From: Myxococcota bacterium
GTDB taxonomy: Bacteria; Myxococcota; XYA12-FULL-58-9; JABJBS01
Assembly: GCA_036339465.1 (NCBI GenBank)
Contig: JAYZAY010000067.1
Span: 66,638 to 130,637 of the forward strand
Reading direction: 5' to 3'
Length of the DNA stretch: 64,000 nt
In this document: one piece after another, positions 31,071-40,632 of the stretch
Layout of the letters: each line of letters begins with the position of its first letter
Numbering within the stretch: position 1 is the first letter of the stretch
Notes under the pieces: model-generated
Seen by the model: the letters and a program-made list of their open reading frames with translations, nothing else
What the model was told of the DNA's origin: nothing
Databases searched by the model: none
Position numbers and translations under genes: made by a program

Positions 31071-31775
31071 TTACTTCAACTCGATCGTCTTTTTCTTGGG
31101 ATTGATTTTAAGGACATAGCTCTTCTTATCCCCGTCAATATCTATAACTTCCTGGAATCCTTTTTTCTTACGAAGAACAACGCGTATCCTATGTTCGCCG
31201 TGCTCCAACTCAACTTTCTTTTTCCGCACTTTCCCTAAACTAACTCCATCAATCCAGACCACTGCCGGTTTTCTCAAAACCAATCGAACCTTAGAGCTAT
31301 CAATATCGCCAACCGGCCGCTCGGGCTCCTCACCACCTCCTAGGGCCGGGCGATTATTAAACGGTGAACTTCTAACATCTTTTTTGACTTCTTGTTGAGC
31401 GCCCTCTTCCCCTTCAACCTTCTCTTCCTTACCCTCTGCCAGCTCCTCTGCTACCGCTTCTTCCTCATCCGAACCTTCAAACCAACTCAAGACAGTGTTG
31501 TGAAAACCCGTGAAATAAACCGCCGCACCAATACCGATGGGTGCGAGGACCATAAGTACGAGGACTCCCCACTTGAGTATTTTTACCAGGGTTGACGCCT
31601 TACCGAATTTTACCGGACCAAGTGGCGCAGCACCCCAATCCTGACTGAAGTCATCTGGGTCACCCTCCGCTTGCTCATCGCCATCCTCATCAGATTCGTC
31701 TTCGGGCTCCTCCTCAAAATCCTCATCCTCGGTTTCACCAAACGCCGAGTCAAACTCGTCTTTCTCTTCGGCCAT
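31071..31775 (-). CDS. Single-pass membrane protein, acidic N-terminus, PEGA-like C-terminal domain
   Basis: D/E-rich first 45 aa, one TM, PAVVWIDGVSLG...GEHRIRV beta-rich PEGA-like motif. Confidence 0.7.
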   Translation of the reverse strand: MAEEKDEFDSAFGETEDEDFEEEPEDESDEDGDEQAEGDPDDFSQDWGAAPLGPVKFGKASTLVKILKWGVLVLMVLAPIGIGAAVYFTGFHNTVLSWFEGSDEEEAVAEELAEGKEEKVEGEEGAQQEVKKDVRSSPFNNRPALGGGEEPERPVGDIDSSKVRLVLRKPAVVWIDGVSLGKVRKKKVELEHGEHRIRVVLRKKKGFQEVIDIDGDKKSYVLKINPKKKTIELK

Positions 31776-31825
31776 CTTTTCACCCTAAACCAATAAACGA
31801 TGGATCAAACGACACTTATTTAACT

Positions 31826-33295
31826 TTACCGAACATAGCCTAGCGCCTGCAAGGCCGACAGAGTCTCATTTGTAAGTTTTGGCTTGACACTCGCGAAACT
31901 CAATTCACTTTTGTCAACCATCGATAGTTGCTCACGAAAGAGGCGAGCGGTATCGGGATGTGTTTTCACCAGATTTATCAACTCGTCAGGATCTGCCCTT
32001 AAATCGTAGAGCTCTTCTTTGCCTGCAGAAAACGGATAGGCCGGCTGTAGGTGTTTCGTCTTGATATGACGAATGTATTTGTATTCCTTGCTCCGTAGGG
32101 CAACGAGGTTTTTTCCCGCATGTTCCGAATAAGCAATTCGCTTTTTCTTGCGTTGATCCACCGTACGAGGCAACAACGAATAACCCCTCGACTTCTGAAC
32201 CGGTAGTTCAAAATACTCCAGGATTGTAGGAAAAATATCAACCATTTCGACCACATCATATACATCGCGCTTGCGTGCAGGCATTCCGGGAAAATAGGTA
32301 ATTAGGGGCACCCGGATAGTGCTGTCATAGAGTCCGGTATGCACGAAATACATATTGTGTTCACCAAGACATTCACCATGGTCAGCCGTTACGACCATCG
32401 CCGTTTCTTCCAAGCGCTTTTCCTTATCTAAATAATCAATGAGACGACCGATTTGAGAATCGACATAAGTAACCGCTCCTTTGTACTGAGCAATAACCCA
32501 ATTAATATCGTTCACCCCAGTTACCCACCTTTGAAAAAGAGGATGCGCTCGCATATTTTTTGGAATCAACGACCAAGAATCTTTCATCGAGCGATGGCGT
32601 AGGTCGGCTTCGTCATCGTCGTAATAAAGTCGGTCATATGGAGCGGGGGGTCGATAAGGGGTATGCGTATCAATCAGGTGAAGCCAAGCAAAAAATGGTT
32701 TTCCTTTGCGTTTATCAATCCATTTTATAAATTCATCTACGGTCTTTTCTGCCCGCCGCATATTGCCACTTTTGATATAAGTATCAAAACCATTCGCCAA
32801 ATTAGCAACCTCTGGATTTAAATGTCGCATATTAACCATGGCGAAAGTTTCAAATCCATTGCCTTTCAAAGTTTCTGCGATGGTTGTGGGAGCATCGCCC
32901 AAGGACTCGAAATTTGAATATACGTTGTGGTCATGCAGATACAATCCCGTAAACATCGATGCATGGGAGGGTGTCGTGGTCGAAGATTGCGCAATCGCAT
33001 TCCAAAAAGCCTGACCATTTTGAGCAAGATATTTCATATTAGGTGTACGTACTTCTTTGTTACCATACACCGACGTCATATCCGCACGTAGAGTATCAAC
33101 TGTAATATATATTAACCCATTCGCTCTTTTGGAGGGGTTGTGGGTGACACTTCTATCTTTTGACAATGTCGCTAATGTTTGGGTCGGTTCCGGCAGGATT
33201 TCTAGGTCCATACTCGAACGACCGCACGCCCAACCAGTGCAAAGAAAAATCAAGGTTAAGCAAAATAAAACACGACCATTCGTTCTATCTGGCAT
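31826..33295 (-). CDS. Sulfatase-like (alkaline phosphatase superfamily) hydrolase, probable lipoprotein
   Basis: ITVDTLRAD, TTPSHASMFTG, HLIDTHTPY, TADHGE, ELYDL..DP.E, ALGY C-terminus; signal peptide ending GWAC. Confidence 0.88.
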   Translation of the reverse strand: MPDRTNGRVLFCLTLIFLCTGWACGRSSMDLEILPEPTQTLATLSKDRSVTHNPSKRANGLIYITVDTLRADMTSVYGNKEVRTPNMKYLAQNGQAFWNAIAQSSTTTPSHASMFTGLYLHDHNVYSNFESLGDAPTTIAETLKGNGFETFAMVNMRHLNPEVANLANGFDTYIKSGNMRRAEKTVDEFIKWIDKRKGKPFFAWLHLIDTHTPYRPPAPYDRLYYDDDEADLRHRSMKDSWSLIPKNMRAHPLFQRWVTGVNDINWVIAQYKGAVTYVDSQIGRLIDYLDKEKRLEETAMVVTADHGECLGEHNMYFVHTGLYDSTIRVPLITYFPGMPARKRDVYDVVEMVDIFPTILEYFELPVQKSRGYSLLPRTVDQRKKKRIAYSEHAGKNLVALRSKEYKYIRHIKTKHLQPAYPFSAGKEELYDLRADPDELINLVKTHPDTARLFREQLSMVDKSELSFASVKPKLTNETLSALQALGYVR

Positions 33296-33329
33296 AAACG
33301 AACCGTAGCAATTTCTACGATCGTGTCAA
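33296..33329 (-). promoter_or_regulatory. Candidate leaderless promoter for the sulfatase-like gene
   Basis: TTGACA-N16-TACGGT (extended TG)-N6-ATG; no SD. Confidence 0.6.
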
Positions 33330-34259
33330 AAAAACCGCATCTATAATCTCTTGAGCTAAATTGGGACCACCCAGTGCTGAAATTTCGCGCAATAAAGTCG
33401 GGCTGGTCACATTTACTTCGATGAGTTTACCTGCAATGACATCTATACCCACAAAAAATAGGCCATCTTGTTTCAACTGTTTGCGCATTTCGGTCGCAAT
33501 CTCGAAATCCCGGTCATCTGGGTCGACAGGGCTAACCGTTCCACCGACATGCACATTGCCCCTATGGTCACCGCTGGGTGGAATTCTTTGAATCGCACCA
33601 CGTAACTCACCATCGATAAGAATCAATCGCTTGTCGCCATCAATCGCCTCGGAAAGATACTCCTGAAGAACAATCGGCTGGGTCCCTTCTATGGTAAGTA
33701 GATCCACAATAGCCCTGAGATTTGAATCCTGGTCTCGAAGTCTCATCACTCCAAAGCCACCATGGCCATCTATGGGCTTAATAATTCCCTCTCCTCCCCA
33801 AGAAGAAAGCACGTCGATGATTCTCTCTCTATCGGAACTAATGATGGTGTTCGGACACAAGTCGATAAAGTTCAGAGCATACAGTTTTTCATTCGCGGCT
33901 CGAATACCATCCGGACTATTTACGACGAGAACCCCCGCCTTCGCAGCAAACGATAAAATCCAAGTAACATTTAAATAGGAAAGGTCGAACGGAGGATCTG
34001 TCCGAATAAAGATTGCCTGACATTCCTCAGCTCGTACTTTAACTGGGGCCACCATTTCAAAGTATTGCGCAACCCCATCACAGACCTTCACTTCCATTCC
34101 CTTCAGCCAAACCTGGGCGCCATCAAGTTCAAGGCTATCGGGACGAACATGCAGGAGACGTGAACCGCGTTTTTGAGCAGCCAACATCAGCGCAAATGAA
34201 GAGTCAGTCTTCGGGCTAATTTTGTCCATGGGATCCATGACAAACGCGGTAAATTTCAT
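33315..34259 (-). CDS. gshB: Glutathione synthetase
   Basis: FVMDP, KTDSSFALM, RTDPPFD, NEKL, KPIDGHGG, GDKR, RGNVHVGG, EVNVTSPT. Confidence 0.96.
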   Translation of the reverse strand: MKFTAFVMDPMDKISPKTDSSFALMLAAQKRGSRLLHVRPDSLELDGAQVWLKGMEVKVCDGVAQYFEMVAPVKVRAEECQAIFIRTDPPFDLSYLNVTWILSFAAKAGVLVVNSPDGIRAANEKLYALNFIDLCPNTIISSDRERIIDVLSSWGGEGIIKPIDGHGGFGVMRLRDQDSNLRAIVDLLTIEGTQPIVLQEYLSEAIDGDKRLILIDGELRGAIQRIPPSGDHRGNVHVGGTVSPVDPDDRDFEIATEMRKQLKQDGLFFVGIDVIAGKLIEVNVTSPTLLREISALGGPNLAQEIIDAVFLTRS

Positions 34260-34294
34260 ACGCCCCCCCTACACGCGAAGACGCACTACGTCAA
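34260..34294 (-). promoter_or_regulatory. Candidate leaderless promoter for gshB
   Basis: TTGACG-N17-TAGGGG-N6-ATG; the G-run could alternatively act as a weak SD. Confidence 0.4.
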
Positions 34295-34469
34295 AGTCTT
34301 TCGCTCTTATCGCTTCCGTGAGAACCATCAAAAGATAAGGGATTCCAGATATATGGAACTCTCGGCGTTGTCGGTCGATTCATCTTCCTGTATTCTAGTA
34401 TTAATTCAAAATATGTATGAGACGGATAAAGTAACCTAAAACGGCTTGTCCAAAACCAGGAGAAACATC

Positions 34470-36191
34470 ATTTCCAATAAGTTGGTAGGTAATACCTCAG
34501 GTATTAAGCCCAGTTATCGCAAGATCTTAGAGCGGATATTTCAACGAAAAGCCCAAGCAGAACGCCTTGTAACTCCCCAATTAGCGAGACATCTATCATC
34601 TATCTCCAGAGACCTGAATCGACAGATAGGTGTTCTAATAGACCGGCGAGGGAGAATCGAATCAGTCATCGTGGGCGACCACCACCGAATCTATCTCCCT
34701 GATATCGGGCGACAGCGGGGTGGACAGGGACACCTGAGGGGCTTGCGCCACATTCGCACCTCTTTGGGCAAAGCAAATCTCAGCAAGGACGATATCACGG
34801 ATATCACCAAACTGCGACTGGATGCCGTTGGGGTCCTGGAAGTGCAACCCTCTGGGGAACCCGGTAGTTTCGCCGTTGGATTCCTGAATCCAACCACCGC
34901 CAGAAAACGACAAAGAACAGAACGAGTTGACCTTCAGATTTATCATTCCGTCCACGAATTAGAGGCCAACCTGCTCTGGCACCTTGAGGAAATAGAGAAA
35001 GCCTTTGGCCAGGGTCGAAATCTTAAAGATGCAAACGAATCCATCCTCAAAGCGGCCATTGTCGGCGTCTACCAACAAAGAGACGAGGCATCTTGGAGAC
35101 TCGGCGAAATGCGGGAACTGGCCACCACCGCTGGGGTAGGGGTCGAATTAGAGGTGACACAATTACGGCCCAAAGCAGAGCCTCGATTTGTGGTTGGACG
35201 GGGTAAACTTGAAGAAGTGGTCTTAGAATGTCTGGACCGCGATATCGAGTTGATCATCTTTGACCACAGTCTGGCACCCGCCCAAGCGCGAGCGGTTGCG
35301 GCCTTTTCTGACCTTAAAGTAATCGACCGAACCCAGCTCATACTCGACATCTTTGCCCAACATGCCAGGAGCAGGGACGGTAAACTCCAAGTAGAGTTGG
35401 CCCAATTAAAATACAATCTCCCTAGACTCACTGATTTGGATGCTGGGCTATCGCGGCTGACCGGTGGCATCGGTGGACGAGGACCTGGTGAAACCAAGCT
35501 TGAAATCAATCGACGTCGTGCGCGAGATCGAATCAGCCGCCTGGAAACAGAAATTTCCAACCTATCAAAAAAACGGAACCTGGCCCGACAACAGCGTCAA
35601 AAAAGTGGGGTCCCTGTGGTTTCGGTTGTTGGCTATACAAATGCCGGCAAATCAACCCTCGTTAACACATTAACCTCCTCAGACGTTTTGGTCGCAGATC
35701 AGCTTTTTGCAACCTTGGACCCCACCACTCGACAGCTATTTCTACCAAGCAACAGAAATATCGTCATAACAGACACGGTCGGATTCATCCGCGAGCTTCC
35801 CCCTGACCTCGTAAAGGCATTTAGAGCAACCCTAGAGGAGCTAGAACGCGCTCATCTGCTCTTACATGTCGTAGACGTGTCAGACCCCATGCGAGACGCA
35901 AAAATTGGACAAGTCGAAAAAGTCCTGGCTGATCTAAATCTCTCAAACATACCCAGACTCCTCGTGTACAATAAATCGGACCTTTCAGACGACATCACCA
36001 CATTGGGACTTTCTCGAAGAGATAGCGCCATTTGTGTCTCGGCCGCCAAAAGGACTGGTATTTCCGAACTATTGAAAACAATTGATGGAAAAATCGAAAA
36101 AGAATGCACCCACTCCCCTACAGAGACTGGACCATTTCAAGAACCCCCTGGCCACACAGAGCAAACAGCCTCTTATTCAGTAGGGTCATAA
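34470..36191 (+). CDS. hflX: GTPase HflX, long form with N-terminal extension; probable ATT start
   Basis: IDRTQLILDIFAQHA, GGIGGRGPGETKLE, GYTNAGKST, LFATLDPT, DTVGF, NKSD. AGGAG SD lies 7 nt before ATT at 34470 (ORF track uses TTG 34446). Confidence 0.93.
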   Translation: MSNKLVGNTSGIKPSYRKILERIFQRKAQAERLVTPQLARHLSSISRDLNRQIGVLIDRRGRIESVIVGDHHRIYLPDIGRQRGGQGHLRGLRHIRTSLGKANLSKDDITDITKLRLDAVGVLEVQPSGEPGSFAVGFLNPTTARKRQRTERVDLQIYHSVHELEANLLWHLEEIEKAFGQGRNLKDANESILKAAIVGVYQQRDEASWRLGEMRELATTAGVGVELEVTQLRPKAEPRFVVGRGKLEEVVLECLDRDIELIIFDHSLAPAQARAVAAFSDLKVIDRTQLILDIFAQHARSRDGKLQVELAQLKYNLPRLTDLDAGLSRLTGGIGGRGPGETKLEINRRRARDRISRLETEISNLSKKRNLARQQRQKSGVPVVSVVGYTNAGKSTLVNTLTSSDVLVADQLFATLDPTTRQLFLPSNRNIVITDTVGFIRELPPDLVKAFRATLEELERAHLLLHVVDVSDPMRDAKIGQVEKVLADLNLSNIPRLLVYNKSDLSDDITTLGLSRRDSAICVSAAKRTGISELLKTIDGKIEKECTHSPTETGPFQEPPGHTEQTASYSVGS

Positions 36192-36267
36192 CCTCCAAAC
36201 AACTTCATTAAATAAGTCCATACCTTCACGACCGGGTTCTTTACATGAGTAAACCGGTGTAACGTTT

Positions 36268-36753
36268 TCATTTTGGTGGTTGAGAACTCCTCTCAAAAAT
36301 GAGGACCAAACTCCCTGATTGATATTTTGGCCCCCCAATAGCAACACTCGCCCCACGCGCAAGACCCACCTGTGCCTTGAACTTTTCTTTACCCAAAACA
36401 ATACGAATTCTCGTGCGTCCATCTGGATCATAGCCCAAGAGCTCTAGTCTCAATTCGGCTCCGTTTGGAAGCTTAAGGTGCTCCTTGGAGCCCGAAGTAA
36501 AATCCCAAGTGATCTTATTGAGCAGCCTAAAGGATGAAAACTTAAATTGGCTAAAGTACTTTGCAAACGGCTTCAAATCCGCATCCACAACGTCCGAATC
36601 TTGGGACGCCAACACAATGCGAGCAGTCACAACTAAAGACCCCAATTCCGCCGCAAGCCCATTGGCAGACCAGAGGATAACACCAAATCCAAGTAAGACA
36701 AAAAATAAAATTCTATGGGTTTGTCTCAACCCAAATAACTGCGGTGTTACCAT
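36268..36753 (-). CDS. Hypothetical exported protein, third gene of ECF module
   Basis: Signal-peptide-like N-terminus (ILFFVLLGFGVILWSANGLA), beta-rich body; overlaps the anti-sigma gene; start uncertain. Confidence 0.7.
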   Translation of the reverse strand: MVTPQLFGLRQTHRILFFVLLGFGVILWSANGLAAELGSLVVTARIVLASQDSDVVDADLKPFAKYFSQFKFSSFRLLNKITWDFTSGSKEHLKLPNGAELRLELLGYDPDGRTRIRIVLGKEKFKAQVGLARGASVAIGGPKYQSGSLVLIFERSSQPPK

Positions 36754-37228
36754 CTTCAGGCTGAATTACCATGGCTCCCCGGTTGTCCTCAACTTCTACA
36801 GTCTCGACAACCACGGAAGCGGTTTTAGGCTGGACCGTTTCACTCCCATCCGAGCTCCACTGACTCACCCAGGAACCAAACCACGGCGCGACTAATATTC
36901 CCAATACAAAAGCAGCTACTAACCCCATCCATGCCCATGTTTTTCGCTTCCGGAAAAGACTCTGTCGCTCCTCCAATGGCTGACGGTTTTTCTCCTTTAA
37001 TAACCGTTCTTGAATAGCGTGAACAGCTTGAAGTGGCTCCACGTCAAATGCAACATCTTTCACACTAGACCGTAAGAACTCTCCCGTAGTCCGAACAGCC
37101 CGAATTTCTGCCTGGGCACGGGGATCTTCTTCAACGTATTTCGCAATTTCACCATGTGGATCCTCTACTTCACCATCAACCCACCGATGAAGGATTGGAT
37201 CACTTATGGATTTCTTCTTCGAATTCAC
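36713..37228 (-). CDS. Transmembrane anti-sigma factor
   Basis: LHRWVDGE anti-sigma-domain-like helix, one TM, short extracytoplasmic beta tail; 4-nt overlap with the sigma gene. Confidence 0.78.
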   Translation of the reverse strand: MNSKKKSISDPILHRWVDGEVEDPHGEIAKYVEEDPRAQAEIRAVRTTGEFLRSSVKDVAFDVEPLQAVHAIQERLLKEKNRQPLEERQSLFRKRKTWAWMGLVAAFVLGILVAPWFGSWVSQWSSDGSETVQPKTASVVVETVEVEDNRGAMVIQPEDGNTAVIWVETNP

Positions 37229-37917
37229 AGGTTTTCTCCATCGGGCTTGCGCACCAACTCCGCTTGTAGGGCCTTACGCGCATGAAAAAGTCGACTCATG
37301 ACTGTACCCTTCTTAATTTCGAGCGTCTCCGCAATTTCATCATAACTCAATCCCTCCACCTCACGCAGCAGTAAAACCGCCTGATGAATTTCGGGTAGCC
37401 CCGTGAAGGCCTGAGCAAGCTGACCGTTTAACTCTTTTCGGTTGACTTGAAGAACTGGGTCGGCTTCGTCAAAGTTAGGCCACAAACTTTCCTCGACTTG
37501 CAAAGCTTCCCTGAATTGGTCCGATTCCACATCCGCTCGTCGGTCGCGCTTTCTCCTACGCATCGTATCAATACAAAGATTAATGACAATTCGATTCAAC
37601 CAGGTCGAAAAAGAGGCTGTCCCTCTAAAACTAGAAAGTTTGTGATGAACTCTAACAAAGGCTTCCTGGGTTGCATCTTCGGCATCCTCAAGATTTTTGA
37701 GCATACCAATTGCCAAGCGCAAACAACCCTTATAGTGCTTTTGAATCAATTCAGAGAAGGCAATCGCATCACCCACAGCCGCCCGCTCAACCAATACATC
37801 ATCACTGCAACCCGCTGATTTGTCTAGCATTTCTCTTCTATGCACAGAGCCCCCTTGGAGCAGCATGAGAGCCGGTTCACCTTCGCAGACTTTCCTTGCA
37901 CCTGTTTGTTCCGACAA
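37225..37917 (-). CDS. ECF RNA polymerase sigma factor
   Basis: DAEDATQEAF, FSTWLNRI, LLREVEGLSYDEIAE, GTVMSRLFHAR; AAGGAGG SD 6 nt before TTG. Confidence 0.94.
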   Translation of the reverse strand: MSEQTGARKVCEGEPALMLLQGGSVHRREMLDKSAGCSDDVLVERAAVGDAIAFSELIQKHYKGCLRLAIGMLKNLEDAEDATQEAFVRVHHKLSSFRGTASFSTWLNRIVINLCIDTMRRRKRDRRADVESDQFREALQVEESLWPNFDEADPVLQVNRKELNGQLAQAFTGLPEIHQAVLLLREVEGLSYDEIAETLEIKKGTVMSRLFHARKALQAELVRKPDGENL

Positions 37918-37945
37918 AAGAGACCTCCTTAGAGCATAGAGTCTC

Positions 37946-37973
37946 TTGACGATGAGATCCCAAAGTTAATTCA
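37946..37973 (-). promoter_or_regulatory. Candidate ECF-type (autoregulatory) promoter
   Basis: TGAATT-N16-CGTCAA directly upstream of the sigma SD. Confidence 0.5.
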
Positions 37974-37987
37974 AAAGAATAAAACAT

Positions 37988-38821
37988 TTATTTTGAATCC
38001 AAAATTGCGCCCAACTCCTCCGATCTCTTTGTTGCCTCCACCACTGCATTGATAAGAGTCGTTCTCAAGCCACCATCTTCAAGGGTATGCAACCCAGCAA
38101 TCGCCGTCCCCCCCGGACTTGTAACCTTGTCTTTCAAAACCCCTGGGTGCTCTTTGGTCTCAATCAACAATTTCGCGCTTCCCAAAACAGTCTGTGCCGC
38201 TAACGCCTGGGCCTGCCTACGAGGGAGCCCTACTCTAACACCAGCATCGGCGAGGGCTTCGATAATCATGAAAACATACGCAGGACCACTGCCCGATAAC
38301 CCCGTAACACCATCGAGTAATCCCTCCTCCGACAATTCAACAACCAAACCCGCCGCTTCAAAAATAGAACGAGCCAAACTCCGATTCGCACCCGAGACCA
38401 CTTCCTCAAAAACCAAACCCGTGGCAGCTGCACCTACCACTGCTGGCATATTCGGCATCGCCCGACATAACGATACTCCTTCAGGTAATTGCCTTTGGAT
38501 TTCAACCATTGGATACCCCGCTGCAACGGATACAACCAAGTGGTTTTGACGAAAGATACTGCCTGTTTCCGCCAAAACCTTTCCCAGAATTTGTGGTTTC
38601 ACAGATAGAACCACAATATCTGCCTTCTGTACGAGTTCAATATTCGTGGTAATTCCCTGCACCCCATATTTCTCGTTGAGAAGGGCCAAACGTTCTGGGC
38701 GACGAGCGGTAGCCAAAATAGACGCCGAAGAAATGGTCTCGGCATTTAATAAGCCTCGGATTAGGGCCTCTGCCATATTCCCGGCGCCCAAAAAACCAAC
38801 GGTCTTATCTCGAAGTGCCAC
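37988..38821 (-). CDS. proC: Pyrroline-5-carboxylate reductase
   Basis: GFLGAGNM, LSVKPQ, RAMPN, SGSGPAY, VTSPGGT; GTG start 6 nt after AGGAGG. Confidence 0.96.
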   Translation of the reverse strand: MALRDKTVGFLGAGNMAEALIRGLLNAETISSASILATARRPERLALLNEKYGVQGITTNIELVQKADIVVLSVKPQILGKVLAETGSIFRQNHLVVSVAAGYPMVEIQRQLPEGVSLCRAMPNMPAVVGAAATGLVFEEVVSGANRSLARSIFEAAGLVVELSEEGLLDGVTGLSGSGPAYVFMIIEALADAGVRVGLPRRQAQALAAQTVLGSAKLLIETKEHPGVLKDKVTSPGGTAIAGLHTLEDGGLRTTLINAVVEATKRSEELGAILDSK

Positions 38822-38889
38822 TACAAACCTCCTGGTCAAAGCACGGTTTACTGTGTTTTAGAACGGACGTCCAATCGAACACCGCAATG

Positions 38890-38913
38890 CACTTAGCTCT
38901 ACACTTAGCTCTA
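38890..38913. repeat. Perfect 12-bp tandem duplication CACTTAGCTCTA x2
   Basis: Directly visible in the divergent proC / HEAT-lipoprotein intergenic region. Confidence 0.85.
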
Positions 38914-39065
38914 GGGTTTCGAATCAAAACAAAACCCTCCAATCCACAATTGGGCACAACACCTCGGAATGAGAATTGTCGACCGAAGCCTCAGGCCAAA
39001 GCCATTTGACCGGTTGGTTGTATCAGGCTATCTGGCCGACAGCTCATAATAGGGAGGCAGGAAAA

Positions 39066-40601
39066 ATGAAATTAATTCAAATGGTATTACCGCTAGGACT
39101 CATTATAACCATAGGACTATCCGCTTGTTCAAAGCCTGCAGATCCATCCACCAGTGCATATTGGATAGAATTGCTTGCAAACAAAAAGCAACGGCCTGAA
39201 GCACTCAAACAATTAGGACAACTCGGAGACAAAACCGCCCTGCCCGCAGTCGTAACGTGGTTTGAAAAAAAGGGCCCCTGGCAGGCTGAAGCCGCCTATG
39301 CAATCGGACAATTGGGTGACGAAACACAGATTCCGATTATCCTCGCAGAAATAGACTATACTCTCGGAACAGGTACAGACTCTAAAACCAAATCCTTAAA
39401 TCGAGTCAACATTAACATTGCCAAGGCCTTGGCAATGCTTAAGGGAGAAGCCAGTGTTGACCCTCTCGTTCGATTAACCGATATGCCAGACCCTGCAACG
39501 AGGGTGGAGGCAATAAACGCCCTCGGAAAAATAAGAAACTCGAAGGCAACTGGCTGCCTGGTTGAAATCGCAGATACCGAATCCCAGCCATTCATTAGAA
39601 AGGTCGCAATTGTGGCTCTTGGAGAAATTCGAGATCCTAAGGCTGTCCCGGTTCTCATTAAAAGTCTATTCCAAGAACTTCCTGGAACTTCATTTTATTA
39701 CGAAGCAAGATTTGCGCTTCTTCAAATTGGCGCCCCTTCAGTTCCTGACTTACTGAATACATTCAAAAGAAAAATCCGGGATGTAGAGAACATCAGACTT
39801 TTGGTCGGCAGCCCGATCGCAGAGGGCGCAATCGAAGGAAAAACCGGCTTTGTTTTAGGAGCCTTGCGCGCAAAAAGTGCAGAGGCTCCCATGGTTCATG
39901 CCTTAAATACACTGTACAAAAAATACCAGAATGAAGCCCCCGTATTCGCAAGTATTCCAGGAGCAATCTCCGAATTGGCCTACTCCCTTGGGCAATTGGG
40001 CAACACCAAAGCCAGTTCGTCACTGATTAAGCTTGCAAAAGAGTCCAACCAATCTCTCAGAATCGCAGCAATAGAGGCGCTTGTGGCCATCGGTGACAAA
40101 AGCCAATCAGGCTCTCTAACGACTCTTGCAGGCACAGGAAATTATCAATCGAGAAAGCCCATCGTTGAAGCCCTAGCTCTTTTAGGCACAAACCAACAAA
40201 AAAATTCCCTAGAAAAAATGGAATTGGATTCTCCAGAGAGCACAAAGCAATGGAAGAGCCTCTTATCAACTCTAAGCCCTGCCATGGATCTGCCGAACGT
40301 CTGCAAACAAGAAACGACTTGCTGGGAGAATAAACTCGAAGATACCAATAGCTGGGTTCGAAGAAGAGCGGCCCACGAGCTTGGCTGGATGAATTCCAGG
40401 AAATCTGTTCAAGCCCTACTCAAAGCAGCAGAAGACCAACAACAATCGGTTCGTATGGCCGCACTGGCGTCCATCGATCGAGTAGGGGGAGCTCCCGCCG
40501 CCGAACTCCAGGAAATTTTGGACCGTTGGTCCAAAAAGATTGAATACCGAAATTCAAACCAAGAACTTAAAAGATTGCTTGCAAGACTAAGAAGCAATTG
40601 A
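39066..40601 (+). CDS. HEAT/PBS-lyase-like repeat lipoprotein
   Basis: Lipobox LSAC after a hydrophobic signal; repeated A..ALG.IGD..A units; GGGAGG SD upstream of ATG 39066. Confidence 0.85.
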   Translation: MKLIQMVLPLGLIITIGLSACSKPADPSTSAYWIELLANKKQRPEALKQLGQLGDKTALPAVVTWFEKKGPWQAEAAYAIGQLGDETQIPIILAEIDYTLGTGTDSKTKSLNRVNINIAKALAMLKGEASVDPLVRLTDMPDPATRVEAINALGKIRNSKATGCLVEIADTESQPFIRKVAIVALGEIRDPKAVPVLIKSLFQELPGTSFYYEARFALLQIGAPSVPDLLNTFKRKIRDVENIRLLVGSPIAEGAIEGKTGFVLGALRAKSAEAPMVHALNTLYKKYQNEAPVFASIPGAISELAYSLGQLGNTKASSSLIKLAKESNQSLRIAAIEALVAIGDKSQSGSLTTLAGTGNYQSRKPIVEALALLGTNQQKNSLEKMELDSPESTKQWKSLLSTLSPAMDLPNVCKQETTCWENKLEDTNSWVRRRAAHELGWMNSRKSVQALLKAAEDQQQSVRMAALASIDRVGGAPAAELQEILDRWSKKIEYRNSNQELKRLLARLRSN

Positions 40602-40632
40602 CGGACGGCTAACCCTCCCTACTCTGTCTCCG
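40598..40632 (+). promoter_or_regulatory. Candidate leaderless promoter for comF
   Basis: TTGACG-N16-TACTCT-N7-ATG; upstream sequence is pyrimidine-rich with no SD. Confidence 0.6.
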
